Source of the DNA: Trichosphaerium sp. ATCC 40318
Taxonomy: Eukaryota; Protista; Tubulinea
DNA: 64,000 bases
NCBI GenBank assembly: GCA_038496445.1
Contig: JALMLS010000196.1
Span: 1 to 64,000 of the forward strand
Reading direction: 5' to 3'
Under the pieces are notes generated by a model. That model saw nothing but the letters and a program-made list of their open reading frames with translations, did not search any database and was not told the origin of the DNA. Positions 47,763 through 60,799 of the stretch are shown here, piece after piece (position 1 is the first letter of the stretch; every line of letters starts with the position of its first letter). The position numbers and the translations under genes were made by a program.

Positions 47763-47969
47763 ATCCAATACGTAATACGAACTAAATAAGACTGGTGTTG
47801 TGTTCTAAAAAGTCTCATGTTTAGGGCAGTACCTAGCCTTTTCTTTCCATAGCTAATACAAGCAGCAATGCCGTTGTGATATAAAAAGCGTATTATGTTA
47901 AGTCACGTGGTTGGTTCACATTCCGCCGTTTTAAGACGGCAGTGTACGAAAGCTAACTGATTTACAAGG

Positions 47970-50178
47970 ATGGCACTTCAAAAACAATGGGGAGAGTTCG
48001 TAGCAATGAAATACGCCGACCAAGGCAAAGCTTTGTACGTCTTTTGTGAGCGTCCAACGCTTAAAAAGCGCCTTCGGGAGTGCGGTGCGCTAGAGACGCA
48101 TTGTTAGTTCTCATAGCAAGCGAGCCACGAGTGGTATCGCCTTTGTTGATTTTTCTTCAACCGCTTACTCGCTATAGCCTTAACGCCTTTTGGGATGAGC
48201 TCCCAGGTGCGTTACAACACTTGTGCTTCACGTGATTGGTGGCTGACACCGTTTTTTTTAGAGGACATTCCAGAGAAAGTATGGCAATGGGTAAGCACAC
48301 TAAAAATCAAAGCAGTATTTGTTTTTCTGTTCAATGTGTGACACGTTACTTCACAGGCTGCAAAGTTTGCAGAACTTGACCTCGACAAACAAGAGGAGGG
48401 CTGTGATCTCGATGGTAAGTGTCTAGACCGCGATATTAAAGCGTATTCTTGTGTCTTACAGGTGTATTTTAGAGTTTGGCGCTCACCGTTTTTTGGAAGC
48501 CATCAGTACGGTTTTTTCTTCGTAAACAAGGCTTACACAATTTTTCAGAGGAAGCAAGTACAGTAAAGGCAATGAGAGAAGATATCAAGGAAGCTGATAT
48601 TGACTTCAACAAGGTTTGTGTTTCTCCTTCGTCCTTTTTTGTCAATCAATAATCACGTGTTTACGGGATATTTAGAGATTGGCTTTGATTGAATTTTGCT
48701 TGTGGAAATTGAAAAAGAAGGCTTCTGTATTTTGTGAGCGACCTCAGGTAAACTAGTCTTGGATGTTTTCGTTGTTTGTCCTCCTAATCATTATTTCAAT
48801 AATAGGGAGACGCTGATAAGATTGCCAAAATGCAAGCTGCTCTTGAAGCCGCTCAAGCCGCTTTACAAGAAGCCATCGCAAAGGCAAAGGCTGCCAGAGA
48901 ATCCGAAAGTGCTGCTGCCGCCGCTGCCACTGAAGCAAAAAAGCGTGCTGATGAAGCAGCTGCTGCAGAAGCCAAAGCAAAGGACGCAGCTGAAAAGGCT
49001 AAGAGGCAAGAAGACGAGGCCAAATGTGCTGCCGACGAAGCTGCCGCTGCCGAAGCTGTCGCTGCTGAATCAGCTGCAGCTGCTCTTGCGAAAGAAGAAG
49101 AGGCCAAGAAACCAGCCGATGAAGCCAGAGCCGCTGAAGATGGTACGTCCATGCGCGCGAAGCAAATTTTTATTAACAGTTGTTTAGAATTGCGTGCTGC
49201 TCTCGCTGAGCTTGAAGCACAAGAGACTGCTTACAAAAACAAAACTGAAGATTTGAAAAAGGTACGAACGGAAGCATAGCTAGAACAAAGTGTTTATTAA
49301 TTTGTAGAGATCCGAACAAGGAGGTGTTGTAACCAGAAACAAAGCAAAAGCAGAATTAGAGATTCACTTGGCTGGTACGAAATTAAACATTATTTTATTC
49401 CTTTGACTCACACAATACAATAGAGGATCCATTGCCACTCCGTACTGCAAAAATCACGTAAGTAACTACACTAATTATGTCTCGATAATTTGTGCGCACA
49501 CGCCGTCAACCATTAACATCTTTCTTTCTCAGCCAAGAAGCTGCCACCCGTAAAGCTGAAAAAGCTCGCAAAATCGCAGATGAGTACCATGCTGCTGCTG
49601 TAGAAAAGAGGAAAGCTGCTGATGAAGATCACGCTGCAGCTGCCAAAGCTAGAGAAGCTGCTGACTATGCTGCATCCGAAGCTACTGCTTCTCGCGAAGC
49701 CAGTGAAGCCGCCGCTGCCGTACGCTCGTTTAATGCTGCTTATAATCTTAATTTCTTTAGGCTGCATCCCAAGCCCGTCAAGAGGCTGATGATGCCAAGA
49801 AAGAAGCTGACGAGGCTCATGCTGCCGCAGCAGCAGCACGTGCTGAAGCTGATAGTGCCCTCGATGACGCTCAAGCGAAAGTAGCTATTGTTGAGGTAAA
49901 TAAGCATCACATCATGATGTACTGTTTGTTGTGTATTAATCGGTTTCTTTAGGAACAAATTGTTGAAGCCAAGAAGAATGCTGGACCAGGAAAAGGACTT
50001 GTATGGTGGTAAGCACGGGTTTTATTTTTTATTGTGGATTTTTAACCTGATGATTGGACTGTTTCTTTTTTCTCCCGCCACGTGATATTAATCGGTTTTT
50101 CTTTGTAGGATTGAAAGAGAACTTCACGAAGCCAAGAAATACATGCCATTGAAGAAAGGTGGTATTCTTCGTAAGTAG
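47970..50178 (+). CDS. ABP34-family actin-bundling protein, long Ala-rich variant, copy 2
   Basis: Near-identical to 21620-23875 in the N- and C-terminal exons, with the same intron positions. Confidence 0.8.
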
Positions 50179-50244
50179 ACGTGTAAGAGATTATAAAAAA
50201 AATAAACGATAGAGATTTACAATTGTTTTTTTTTCCCCAAGTCA

Positions 50245-52385
50245 TTATACAGGTTCACTTTGAGTACGCATTACTACAGCTTCAGTACGGGCTGTACTAA
50301 TTACACCCGGAGATCCAAGAGATTTATCAGATTCACTATGAAAACGTTTTGGTATTTCTGATGATCTACCAGTTCCTCCTGAACTCGATTTTGTTTGTAC
50401 ATTTGTTGCTGGACTGTAAGCCCAAATCTGTGAAACAGAAATTGCAACTAGAAGCAACCAGTGCGTTGTAAATAATAGATACCACCCCCAAGGACTAAGT
50501 ATAAGTGGTGTTGCTGTTAGAATGGCGTTTAACCCACTTGCTAGAGTAAAAAGGCCGCTCGCAAGTATTCTTTGTGTTGTCTTTGTAAAAAAAGCAATTA
50601 GTTTACTGTATTAGCGATGAGTTTCTAGGTACCTTATATATCCTTGTTGCTCGAACCCCAGTTGCTCCAGCTATTCTTAATGCCTTAAGTATTCTATATC
50701 CTGACACGTGGTTAATAAGTTGCAAACAAACAATGGTTTGAGTCGTACCTGTTATGGTGAAAAAAACAAACACTGATATCGCTGCTACAACATATAAAAC
50801 ACCTGACACTACTACAACTATAGCTACAAATGATCGAAGCCATGATGTTGTAACGTCCAATAGAAATAAAACTACGGAGATGGCAAAGAAGAGCCAGAGT
50901 AGTTTATCTAAATAAGAATAAATAGTGATGTAACCAATTTTTTTGACGAAATAATTCTTACCAACATTTGGCGTTGCCATCGCTCTGCAGCTTTTAACGG
51001 ATCCCAGTAATTCATGCCTTTGAAGCATGTTAGGCGATTAGATAGGATAAAGAAAATACCAGTAGAGAGCTATGAGTAATGTTGTAACAATACTCAAAGA
51101 AGGAAACCCAGAGACAAATGTTGATTGTACAGATACGGTTAATATTCTCCTGCTTTCTAACGGATCTAGTACCGCATAACAAAATCGTACTAAAATACAA
51201 GTATTAGGTACGTAAAAGCCAACAATCATTCTTCAAAATGACCTCATTCTTGAGAACGAAGCCAGCAGTATTTAACAAAAAAACCCGCAAAAAATCAAAA
51301 TCATTTAGCCTATCAGAAACGCACTTGTATTTGCCAAAATCTCTAGCATCAAGCACACTTCCACGACAGACCACGTGAATCCATTGTTAATTATTAATCG
51401 ATATAATGTCAAGCCTGCCAGTAGAACAACACCAAGTAACAAGGGACCCATCAAACAAGACCAAACAATCTATATCAAATTCAGTTTGGCAGCCTAGTTT
51501 TTACTTTTTCTTCTGTTTTGTGCTAACGTACTGATCCATATTCCTTACTCCATTTCCAAGGATTACCATCTCCACCGGTTAATGTGATAGTAAGGTTTCC
51601 ATCTGGATTTGATTCGAAAAAATTGGAGATCTTCACACCGATTTTACTAGGAACTTCAATAGCTAATATCTCCATAAAGCTATCGTCAAGATTATATTTC
51701 TCATACGACAGTACACCTGGGTAGTCTTGTAACACAGATTTAGTAAAGTAAAGAGGTGTTACACGTTTACCAGATGTAACAAGCGTGTGATGAGTTACCA
51801 GCGCGATCGCACCCGAGTTTAATACTCTAGGGATGTGTCTCCACCAGAATATATCGGATAGAAATACTGCTTTGCCACTGACGTTTCGGTGAGGATCAAA
51901 AAGTACCAGTGGTCCAGTGTACGCTATAAAATGTCAGGCACTGCCATTGGTAAGTTTGTTTTACCTTTTTCACAGTTTTCTTCGTTATTGCACAGCCAAT
52001 CGATTGTTGGCGCTGGGAAATATGTACCTGAGTACTGTTAGTCGTGTATTCCATGTGAAAGGTATCAAAAAGCGCAAAAAAAAGCTGTGACGCCTCTGAC
52101 GCCATTTTGTTCGAAATCGACTAGAAAATCACTATACCATTCAATTGTACGTTGTTTGAGATAACAAACGATGCTTTAGAGCCAAGAGTGGTTATAGCTA
52201 CAACTACAATCACTAGCTTGGCAATAGATTGCATTTAATACGTAAAACGAGCTATCGATTGTGTTTCCTAATGAAGTAATGCCAGAATAACCTGCTTTTA
52301 GGATTATGAATAATTTACGGTGACTTAACCTCTGTGAAAATGAAATGTCAAACAAAGTTAATAATCCGATAAGTAGTTTATACAT
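50245..52385 (-). CDS. Multi-pass membrane protein with N-terminal extracellular region (receptor-like, family not assigned)
   Basis: Possible signal peptide MYKLLIGLLTLF; several hydrophobic exons (e.g. KLLWLFFAISVVLFLLD, FVAIVVVVSGVLYVVAAISVFVFF); Ser/Thr-rich tail; start uncertain. Confidence 0.5.
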
Positions 52386-52908
52386 CTGCTCTTTGAGGGC
52401 ATTTTTTTCTCTTGCAGTCACCTCCTGCAAGATATTTTAAGATTCATTTCCTTTTTTTACTCCGAAACGCTCTGGGAGTATTTAATACATTTAAAGTTGT
52501 GCAGGCTTAGCTTCATTCACTCATTGTTTGGATTACCAAATATTTGTTAACGTCTAGTGGTGGGAAAGAAACAGTCCTAAATTCGGTCTTCCGTTTTGTT
52601 GGATTTAGTAGAAACTTCAGTTTTTTCAGCTTTGAGTAGTTTTGTGCAAAACTATATCAGCACATAAATAACTTTGACGCTTTTTTTTGTTACGTATATC
52701 CTCAATGACTGAAAACTTACAGTTTTTGACAGGTCAGCTTAAACGGTGGACCACTTTTTTTCCAAAAGTCGAAAGACTGAAGTTGTATCTGTCGAAATCC
52801 ATTTTGGGTAATTGTGCTTTTTTTTGAACTTAATTAGCGACTAATAGTCTTTTGAGTCACAAACGCATGTATGGTTGATTAAACGCTTGTTTTATTTTAG
52901 ATGTTAAA

Positions 52909-55900
52909 CTATTTTTTTTTCATTTGACCTTTTATTGCATCTAGCATCTTCTTTGCGTATGTAATGCAATCACTCTTTTGGTTCTTTACAGAAAGGAATG
53001 ATTCTAGGACTTTTTTGATACCATCTTTCAAAAGCTTTTCTCGACTAGATACTACAGAGTAAAGTCAACAAAACCTTCTAGCCAAAAAAGGATAAAAAAG
53101 ATTTTGTTGTTTTCTGGAGTTTCTTTCTTTGTACGCACAAGAGCATGAGAATAATAAGTAAAGGACTTGAATAGATAAAAGGCATATATTAGGATCTTTG
53201 ACTTCAAGTAATGTCCGCTTCATAGCATCAACAACTTTAAGTGATTCAAGCTTCTCTCGTATTTGTGCTTAAAAAAAAAGAAAAATAAACATTGACATAG
53301 AAGTGTTGTTTAGTTGCTTACGATTATTAGATAGTTGTGTGAGCATGTAAGACGCATAGTAGATGACACTATTATCTTTAGCTTCTTTTATGAGCATTAA
53401 GAGTGTTTTAACAAAGCCTACAAGGTAAGATAAGTACAAAAGTTGGTTTAATATATTAAGAAACGTTACCTGGTTTTGTACTCAAAGCTCCCAGGAATTC
53501 TTTTGCCTGTGACAGACTTGCAAGTGTTTTTAATACCAGTTTAGCAGGGTCATCATTATATGGAGGTTTTAAGGAACTTAAAAGAATGGTAGGACCAATA
53601 TTTAGCATCTGTTTGTCGGTTGCTAAACAGGTGTCAAAATTCATAGCAATACCAAAATAAAAATATTAGTGTTAGAAGGTTCTTACGCGCTGAGCTTATA
53701 CAGTTGATTGCTAATTTAACAGCTTGTAGTCTTATAAGATTTGGTTGATTTGGTGCTACAAGATTATGATCTACAAATACATCAAGCAAACCTAACGTGT
53801 GTGTTAGCACGTGATAAAAAAAAAAAGAGCAAAGAAAATTGTAGTAATACCTTCGTCTATTATTTTGTTTAGATAGTCCTTTGATTTCGATAAACGAATC
53901 AAAATCGATAACGTCTCGTTTATGATTGAGCCGTCTCCTGAAAGCAAGTACTTAACTAGTTTAGACGATGATTTCAATTTTAGTGAGGTAAGAGGCTTCT
54001 TATAAGTCAACGCAAGAGCTGCAAGAAAAAGAGTGAGTAAACCGGAACAATAACTTTTTTTCTTGGTTTTTTCCTTTCTTGTACCTTGAGCGTAAGCATC
54101 TTCTGTTTCTTTCCAGGATGAAGCACCAATCTGGGTAAGTTCCATATATGCGTCACTAAAGTTCTTAGTATACCATATATGGAGCTCATGACGTACGCAA
54201 TGTTTTTTTGCCATGAGTACTTTGCAGTACCAGAAGAAGTTGAGGCCATCTTAGTAGCACCTTCAATACTTGACATTAAAAACGTCTTTTTTTCTTTTGG
54301 ATTTGTAGTATGTTGACCAAGATGCAAGCTTATTGCTGCACATTGTCCAATACCAGGTCCAAAAGTAGGAGAAAGAGTAACGCTCTAAAACAAGAAAATC
54401 AGTTTTTTTTGACTAAAATGACTAAATGGAGACTAACCTTTTGTGCGAGTTTGTAAGCCGTTTGAAGCATAGACAAACACTCTTTAGGTCTCTTTAGTGC
54501 CTAAAAGATTATTAGAATTAAAGGGAGGTATTGTGCTTACAATCTGTTTCATAGCTGCTGCTGCATAGCAGTAAGCGTGATAGTACGTTTTATCATTAGT
54601 TGCAGCTTGAATGAACTAAACAAAGAGTCTGAGTACTTGCAAAGTTAAAGGAAGGACTACCTTGTCGTATGCTTGTTGAAGCAGCCTATCTTGTTCTAAT
54701 ATATCCGTAACACGTGCTGCTTGTGAGTTATAAGCAAGTCCCCAGTTAAACCATATTGAAGGTATCTTAGATATCTTTGAGGCAGTCTCAAATCGTTTAT
54801 AAGCTTTCTCATAAAGAGCAGATGCCGACTTTACATTTTTTTCCAAGTCGGCCTAGATATCAATTGTAAGCAATTTTCTCGACTTTTTGTTAATGCGTAC
54901 TTGTTGGTAGAATGCTATACCGCTTCCAACAAAGCTTGTGAAGCTCTCTTTTAGGGTAACAGCCTTTTCGAATTGTAGTTGTGCCCGCTTGAAGATTGAT
55001 GTTCGTTTCACTGCATCAGGTTCGCAAAGTGCTCTGAGAGAATGGTAAGCAACTGTTTTGGATTTTTTTTGAAGATTTTGGAGTACCTTTCTTTTAAAAT
55101 CAAACCAAGGGTCTCATGGTCTTTAGCAAGGTCTATGTACTTAGGTCTTGTCATTGCAATATCTTCACCACGTTCTCTCAGTGAGATGGCATGGTCCAAC
55201 ATTCTTTGCTGTTCTTTTGTGTCAGGACTACTTTGTATTAATTTAAATAGTACTTGCATGGATCGTACGCTGTTGCTTGAGCCCATACTTTATAAAGCTG
55301 AGCCCAATTGAAGAATGTCTCAAACTGAGGACGAAGAGAAGTCGCAATTTCAAATTGCGCATCTATTTATCATTAAGAAAAAATTACGAACAACACGAGA
55401 TGTATTTTTTTACGTACCTGCTTGCTGAAGTAATTCAATAGCTCTCTTGACGTTACTTCTACGGAGCTCCATTTCTCCAAGTTGATATAAAGCAATACCA
55501 TAGTTTGTAAACGATACAGAATCTCCAGGAGCGCGAACAATACTCGCCGCGTATTTTTCAATACCCATTTTGTACAACTCTGGTAATAAGAATTAATTGC
55601 AACTTAATCCCTCCCTATTTCCAACGTACTCTCAGCTTCAACGCCGAACTTAGATTTAGCCATTTCGACACATGCAAAACCTTCAATAAAGGAGAAGATA
55701 CTCAATCTTTTTACCTTAAGTATTGTTAAGTGAGGGTTTTTTGTAGATGGTCCTTACTTTTACTTCAATGCTGTGAACGCTGACATGAGAAAACGTTCGT
55801 GAGTCATCGTCAAAAAATCCTTTTGGTACTTTAACTGTTTGCTTTGCTAGGTGGTTTGTATGGTTAAATAGTATAAGTCGCATCTCTGGAGTTGACAATG

Positions 55901-58093
55901 GTTTTAGATCATCTTGATCAAGGCTTGTAGCATAGTGTTTATTCAAAAGTTTTGGAAGCTTCACACGCCTACCAAAAAATGTCACGTGACATACTTAATT
56001 TAATAAAAATTAAACAGTTATATCACACGTACCAAAATACATCAGTATTACGTGATACTCCAAAGAATAGTTTGAGGCTTTTCAATACCTAACAGTATTT
56101 GTTAACAAGTTTTTTTTCTGAATTGACTTAGTGTGAACTACGTACGCCTTCCTTGATCTTAGTCTCATTGGATGTCTGTAAAAACCGTAATTTCCTTCTT
56201 ATTTCATTCTTGAGTATTCTTGCGACCTATGAATATTAGAACAATTAATAGAATAGTGAGGTGGTGCCATTGTGAGTAGAACGAAGTTTGTGTAAGTTTC
56301 ATTTGTCAACAAATTAAAGATTGTGCCAAGACATCGTATGTTGATACCATAAAGCCGCAATATTATATAAAAGTCAGAGTAATGTTGGTCGGTGTAAGGA
56401 AAACTCAAGGTTCTAGTAGTTTGTCAAAACATGATCGAGGGAGTATCCAAAAAAAAAAATACGCACAGTTTTTGAGGCAAGTCTTTTACGAAATTACCAC
56501 ATACTACTTTATTCAAGAACTTTGTCGCTTCCCTCACCTCTTTATTATGTTCTTCAGCATTATGTGTTCCAAAGACACTATAAGCATCACTAATAAAGTG
56601 TAAGGGTAAGCTGTAATCACCATAATAAAAGAAACCTCTCTTACCTGCTCAAAGACTTGTGGAACTTTCTTACAAGTTCAGGTCGGAATAAGCGATATAA
56701 GTGACCTCCCTTGATAGTCTTATCTGTTTTAACAGGTGGGAAGACTCTGAAAAAGAAGTACATGTGAGTTGTAGACAACAAAGTCAGGAATGTTGGATTG
56801 TACCTTGCTGTATCTAGGATATAGAACCTTTGATCCTTTCCGTGGTGAACCTCTATGTCTCCAGGCATATAAATCGTTTTTTCTGATACCACGTGTGGTT
56901 TTAGGTTGAGTAATTTTCCGGCTTCTTGCATAAGCCTATTCACTTTTCTGTTATCAGTGTGTACTGTCTTTCCAGCGTCGTCACTGAGATGTTGTTAGTT
57001 TGCTGCTTTTGGTAGTTATTTAATTACCTTCCGTATACTAGCGTGCTAGAGTCTATAGGTAGTACAGATGAAGCAAGAAGGCAATAGCCTTTATAACAGA
57101 TAATAACCATAAGAGGAAAATGCAAGTTTTCCAACAATTTATTCATTACCAGACCAGCTATCGCCCGAAGTCCTATCTTGTATGAGAAAACACAGATTTT
57201 AGAATTAATAAATATTACCATCTAATTCTCTATACGCTACTTTCATCGCATACTCATCGCCACCGTAGAGCTTGAAGGCGTCTGTTGCTACTTTGAAGAA
57301 AATACCTTTACTCACATACTTGACACCTAGACAGCATTACACTACTGTTTCTGTATTGTCACGTGCTATTATTTTAAAAAAAAGCGCACCTCCTGCTACG
57401 CCTCCAGCGCCAACAGGCTCTATAGTCTTTTTACTGTCGTCTTTAAATAGCTCATCTATGATAATTTTACCTTCCTAATTGTCTCTTAGATTTTTACGTT
57501 GATTTGACAACTTTGTTTTTATCACGTGCTTCTTTCGCTACTTTAGTGAATTCTTCTACAAGGAGCCTTATGCTTGTAGCCAGTTGTAGAACTTGGGATT
57601 TTTGAAAGTTAACGCTCTTCCAGCTATCAAGGAATGCCTGTAATTCTACAACAAACGCGACTAAATAATCAAAGTAAAACTACAAAATTACTGTACCTTC
57701 ATTCCAATTTCTTGCAGTTTTATCTTGGATTACAACATCAAACGATGTGGTTCTCTCGTGTCTACGGCGTACTCTCTTCACTATTAACCGATTAATTATA
57801 AATAACCCACGTGCGCTAAAATAGATAAATGGCAATAACTGACCTTGTAATGAGTCTACAATCTTTGGTCGTTGTTGTAGCTTCTGTTTTGTCGGAGGTG
57901 TCTTTTGTTTCTTTGGAGGCGTCTTTGTAAAGCTTGACTCTTCCGATACTGAAATAAAAGTTGTGTTAAACTGTGTATAGATAGTATAATTACCATTGAG
58001 AGGCCTGTAGGTCTCTATAGAAGAATCATGAAGCGAGTAATTCTCGGGAGCATTACTCATGTTCTCTTGATACGATGATATAATACCCTGCAT
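52909..58093 (-). CDS. Clu (clustered mitochondria)-domain protein with TPR-like and C-terminal ARM/HEAT-like repeats
   Basis: GKIIIDEL, GGVAGG.KY..GIFFK, LHFPLM, TLVYGSDDAG, GDIEVHHGKDQRFYILDTAR, LFRPELV, GINIRCLG; helical repeats downstream; start uncertain. Confidence 0.8.
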
Positions 58094-58528
58094 ACTGGCA
58101 ATATCGTCATCGTCCAGCTTGTACAGTAAAACATCACGTGTGTTGCTCTTTTTAAACTTTTCCTAAACAATCGGTAAGATTCGCCTGCTGTTGTCTCTAG
58201 GCACTCAAAAGATAAACTAAACAACTCGTTGTTGGCGTTCACTTACTTTTAACTTTAAAAATTCGCTGTGCGGGTCTTTCACTTCCGGTGTTCGGATAAT
58301 ACTTCTAGATGATGCTAAAAGGCGTTAAAAAGAAGAGTGTCGCTCAATTGGCACGTGCCTTCCTCATCGGAGCCCAACCAAAGCGTTGGCTAACAAAACA
58401 ATGAACGTAAAAGTGATTAAGTTGAAATACCTCGCTATAGGCTTCCATTGGTGTTCATGTACTTGGCTTGGTAAAATCACTTAACGTCATTTGTACTAAG
58501 TCAGTGTTACGCTTCAATCGAGGCAACC

Positions 58529-59999
58529 ATGCGCCTATTTGTGGTTGTAGTATTGGCATTGTTTATAATAGCTTGTAAATGTACCCCAGCGTTTCGCATC
58601 ATTGCCACAGGAACAGCTGGAGGAGACTTGGAGGCTAGTCTTACTTCGTTTATGTTGTCTTCGTTTAATGACCCAAAGCATTGGCTAGCATTAGATGCAG
58701 GTAAAACAGCACTTTTTGAACAGAGTTGTAGAGTCTTTATTTTAACCAGAGTAAAAACTGTTACATACGCGTCAAAATCGCTTATGGAGTGGATTTAGGT
58801 AATATATGGTCTGGTTTGACAGTTGCAGCTTCCAAAGGCTCTCTATCTCAGTTTATACCTCCTAGTACAAGTAAATTGTAATATTAACGATATTTATTAC
58901 TTCCTAACTGACTTTTAAGACTATTCTCAGATGGGTTTTTTTTTCACAGAACTTTTGACATCTTACTTCATTTCTCATCCGCATTTTGACCATTTGATCG
59001 GCCTAGTGATAAACTCACCACATGATACAGATGGAAAGGTATGTTGAAAAACCTGCACTCATTCATTATAACAAACAAAATAAAAGGCGATTTTTATGGC
59101 GAATTTCACGAAACATGCTTTCGAAAACTACTTGTTCAATAGTGTCATGTGGCCAAACTTTGGTGATTCAGGGCCAGAGCCAATACTCAACAAATATACT
59201 TATGAAGCTATGCCTTTTAATAGCGTTCCTAAGCGTATTCTAAACACTTCAATGTCAATACGTATTTTTCCGCTATGCCACTCTGTATGCTTTGCATCAA
59301 CTGCTGCTTTAATAGAAAGTGACGGTAAGTATGTATTATATTTTGGAGATACAGGTACGTTGTTAGCTAGATGAAGCTCTTGCGCTGAAGACAAATACTG
59401 ACAGGTTTCGATAGGTCCAGATTCCGTATCTAATAGTACTGCCATGCGTGATATTTGGACTTTTGTTGTATGAACGTATTATAGGTTCTGTTCTTATACC
59501 ATTTCTCAGGCACCTTTAGTGCGTAATCATACGCTTATGGCTATACTATTGGAATGTTCTTTTCCTAACTCAACACCGGATGACATGCTGTTTGGCCATT
59601 TGACACCTGTAAGTTGTTAAGCAATACGTAGGTTTAGCTGGTCCTAATACTTTCGCCTAGAGGCACTTTATGGAGGAACTGAGTGTTCTAGCTGACGCCG
59701 TTAATACAACGCACAAAGAGACTGTTCTAAGAGATGTACAAGTTATCGTTACACATATAAAACCAAACCTTTATGGAACAGCCAGTAAAATAATAGAGAA
59801 TGAATTGAATGAGCTGAATACGCTGAATATTGACCTTATTATCCCAAACCAAGGTGACTTGTATACTATCCCACACGAAGCTATCAAAGAAAAACATAAC
59901 CCATTATATTGGCCGTATATATTAGTAGTTTGTATAGGTTTTTTACTCATCATAGGACGTACGTTTTGGAAGAGTAAAAACCAATCTAAAACTCTTTAG
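58529..59999 (+). CDS. Class II 3',5'-cyclic nucleotide phosphodiesterase (PdsA/CpdP family) with signal peptide and C-terminal TM
   Basis: LALDAG, ISHPHFDHLIGL metal motif, FNSVMWPNF, FGDTG, LECSFPN...LFGHLTP, THIKP; hydrophobic tail YWPYILVVCIGFLLIIG. Confidence 0.92.
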
Positions 60000-60180
60000 T
60001 TGTAGTATATTTAGTTATGGCAAGGAGGAAACGATCATTTCAACGTATAGCACAAGAGTGAAACACGTTTAAAGCTCTGAAAAATGACAAAAAGTCACGT
60101 GGTAAACATTACAACAGTAAAGTAAATCAATTTATGTTATTACAAGGTACCACTTGGAGTTTTAGGTTCTATTGTAGACA

Positions 60181-60603
60181 TCATTGAAGCTTTAGCTTTC
60201 TTAGTCTGTAGGTATAGTTATAGCCTTCAAATTCATACCCTTCCAGTTGAGCCCCATTAAACTTTTGCGTAAACTGACTCAAACCCTGTTTTTCGTTTAT
60301 AGGTTGCAACATTAACGGTTCCTTTTCTCCCAAATCAGTGTCATATTTGGCAGTACATTTGGGCACCATTGTGAGTTGTTTTCCATTGTTTATAATCTTG
60401 TACTCACCATACGTTGTCATGCGAACATCCCATTCCTTTCCACCATCCCATTGAGCTCCGTTTGAATAGTGATAACTTCTTGAAGTTGCGTGAAAGGTAC
60501 CATCAATATGAAGTACAAGCTTAGCATAGTTGTAACTGGTGCCATTGAAAAAGGTTTTATCCGTTGATTTAGTAGCAGGCGGCCTAAAACTAACTTCTGT
60601 CAT
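60181..60603 (-). CDS. Hypothetical protein (intronless, beta-rich)
   Basis: 140-aa ATG ORF with coding-like composition; no recognised family. Confidence 0.55.
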   Translation of the reverse strand: MTEVSFRPPATKSTDKTFFNGTSYNYAKLVLHIDGTFHATSRSYHYSNGAQWDGGKEWDVRMTTYGEYKIINNGKQLTMVPKCTAKYDTDLGEKEPLMLQPINEKQGLSQFTQKFNGAQLEGYEFEGYNYTYRLRKLKLQ

Positions 60604-60799
60604 GGTGCGTATTGTATTGCTTTCTTGGTTTTTTGAGCTAAAAAGTCGTTAAGAGTGTTCACTGAACGTATTTTTATTTATTTTCGCTTTTCTACAATTT
60701 TCTTAGTTTATTACGACGTCCTGTTTTCATAGATGATTACAACCACAATCGGCTGGTATTACACAAAATTTTCTAGGACTGTACTTAAGATTGTAGCAT

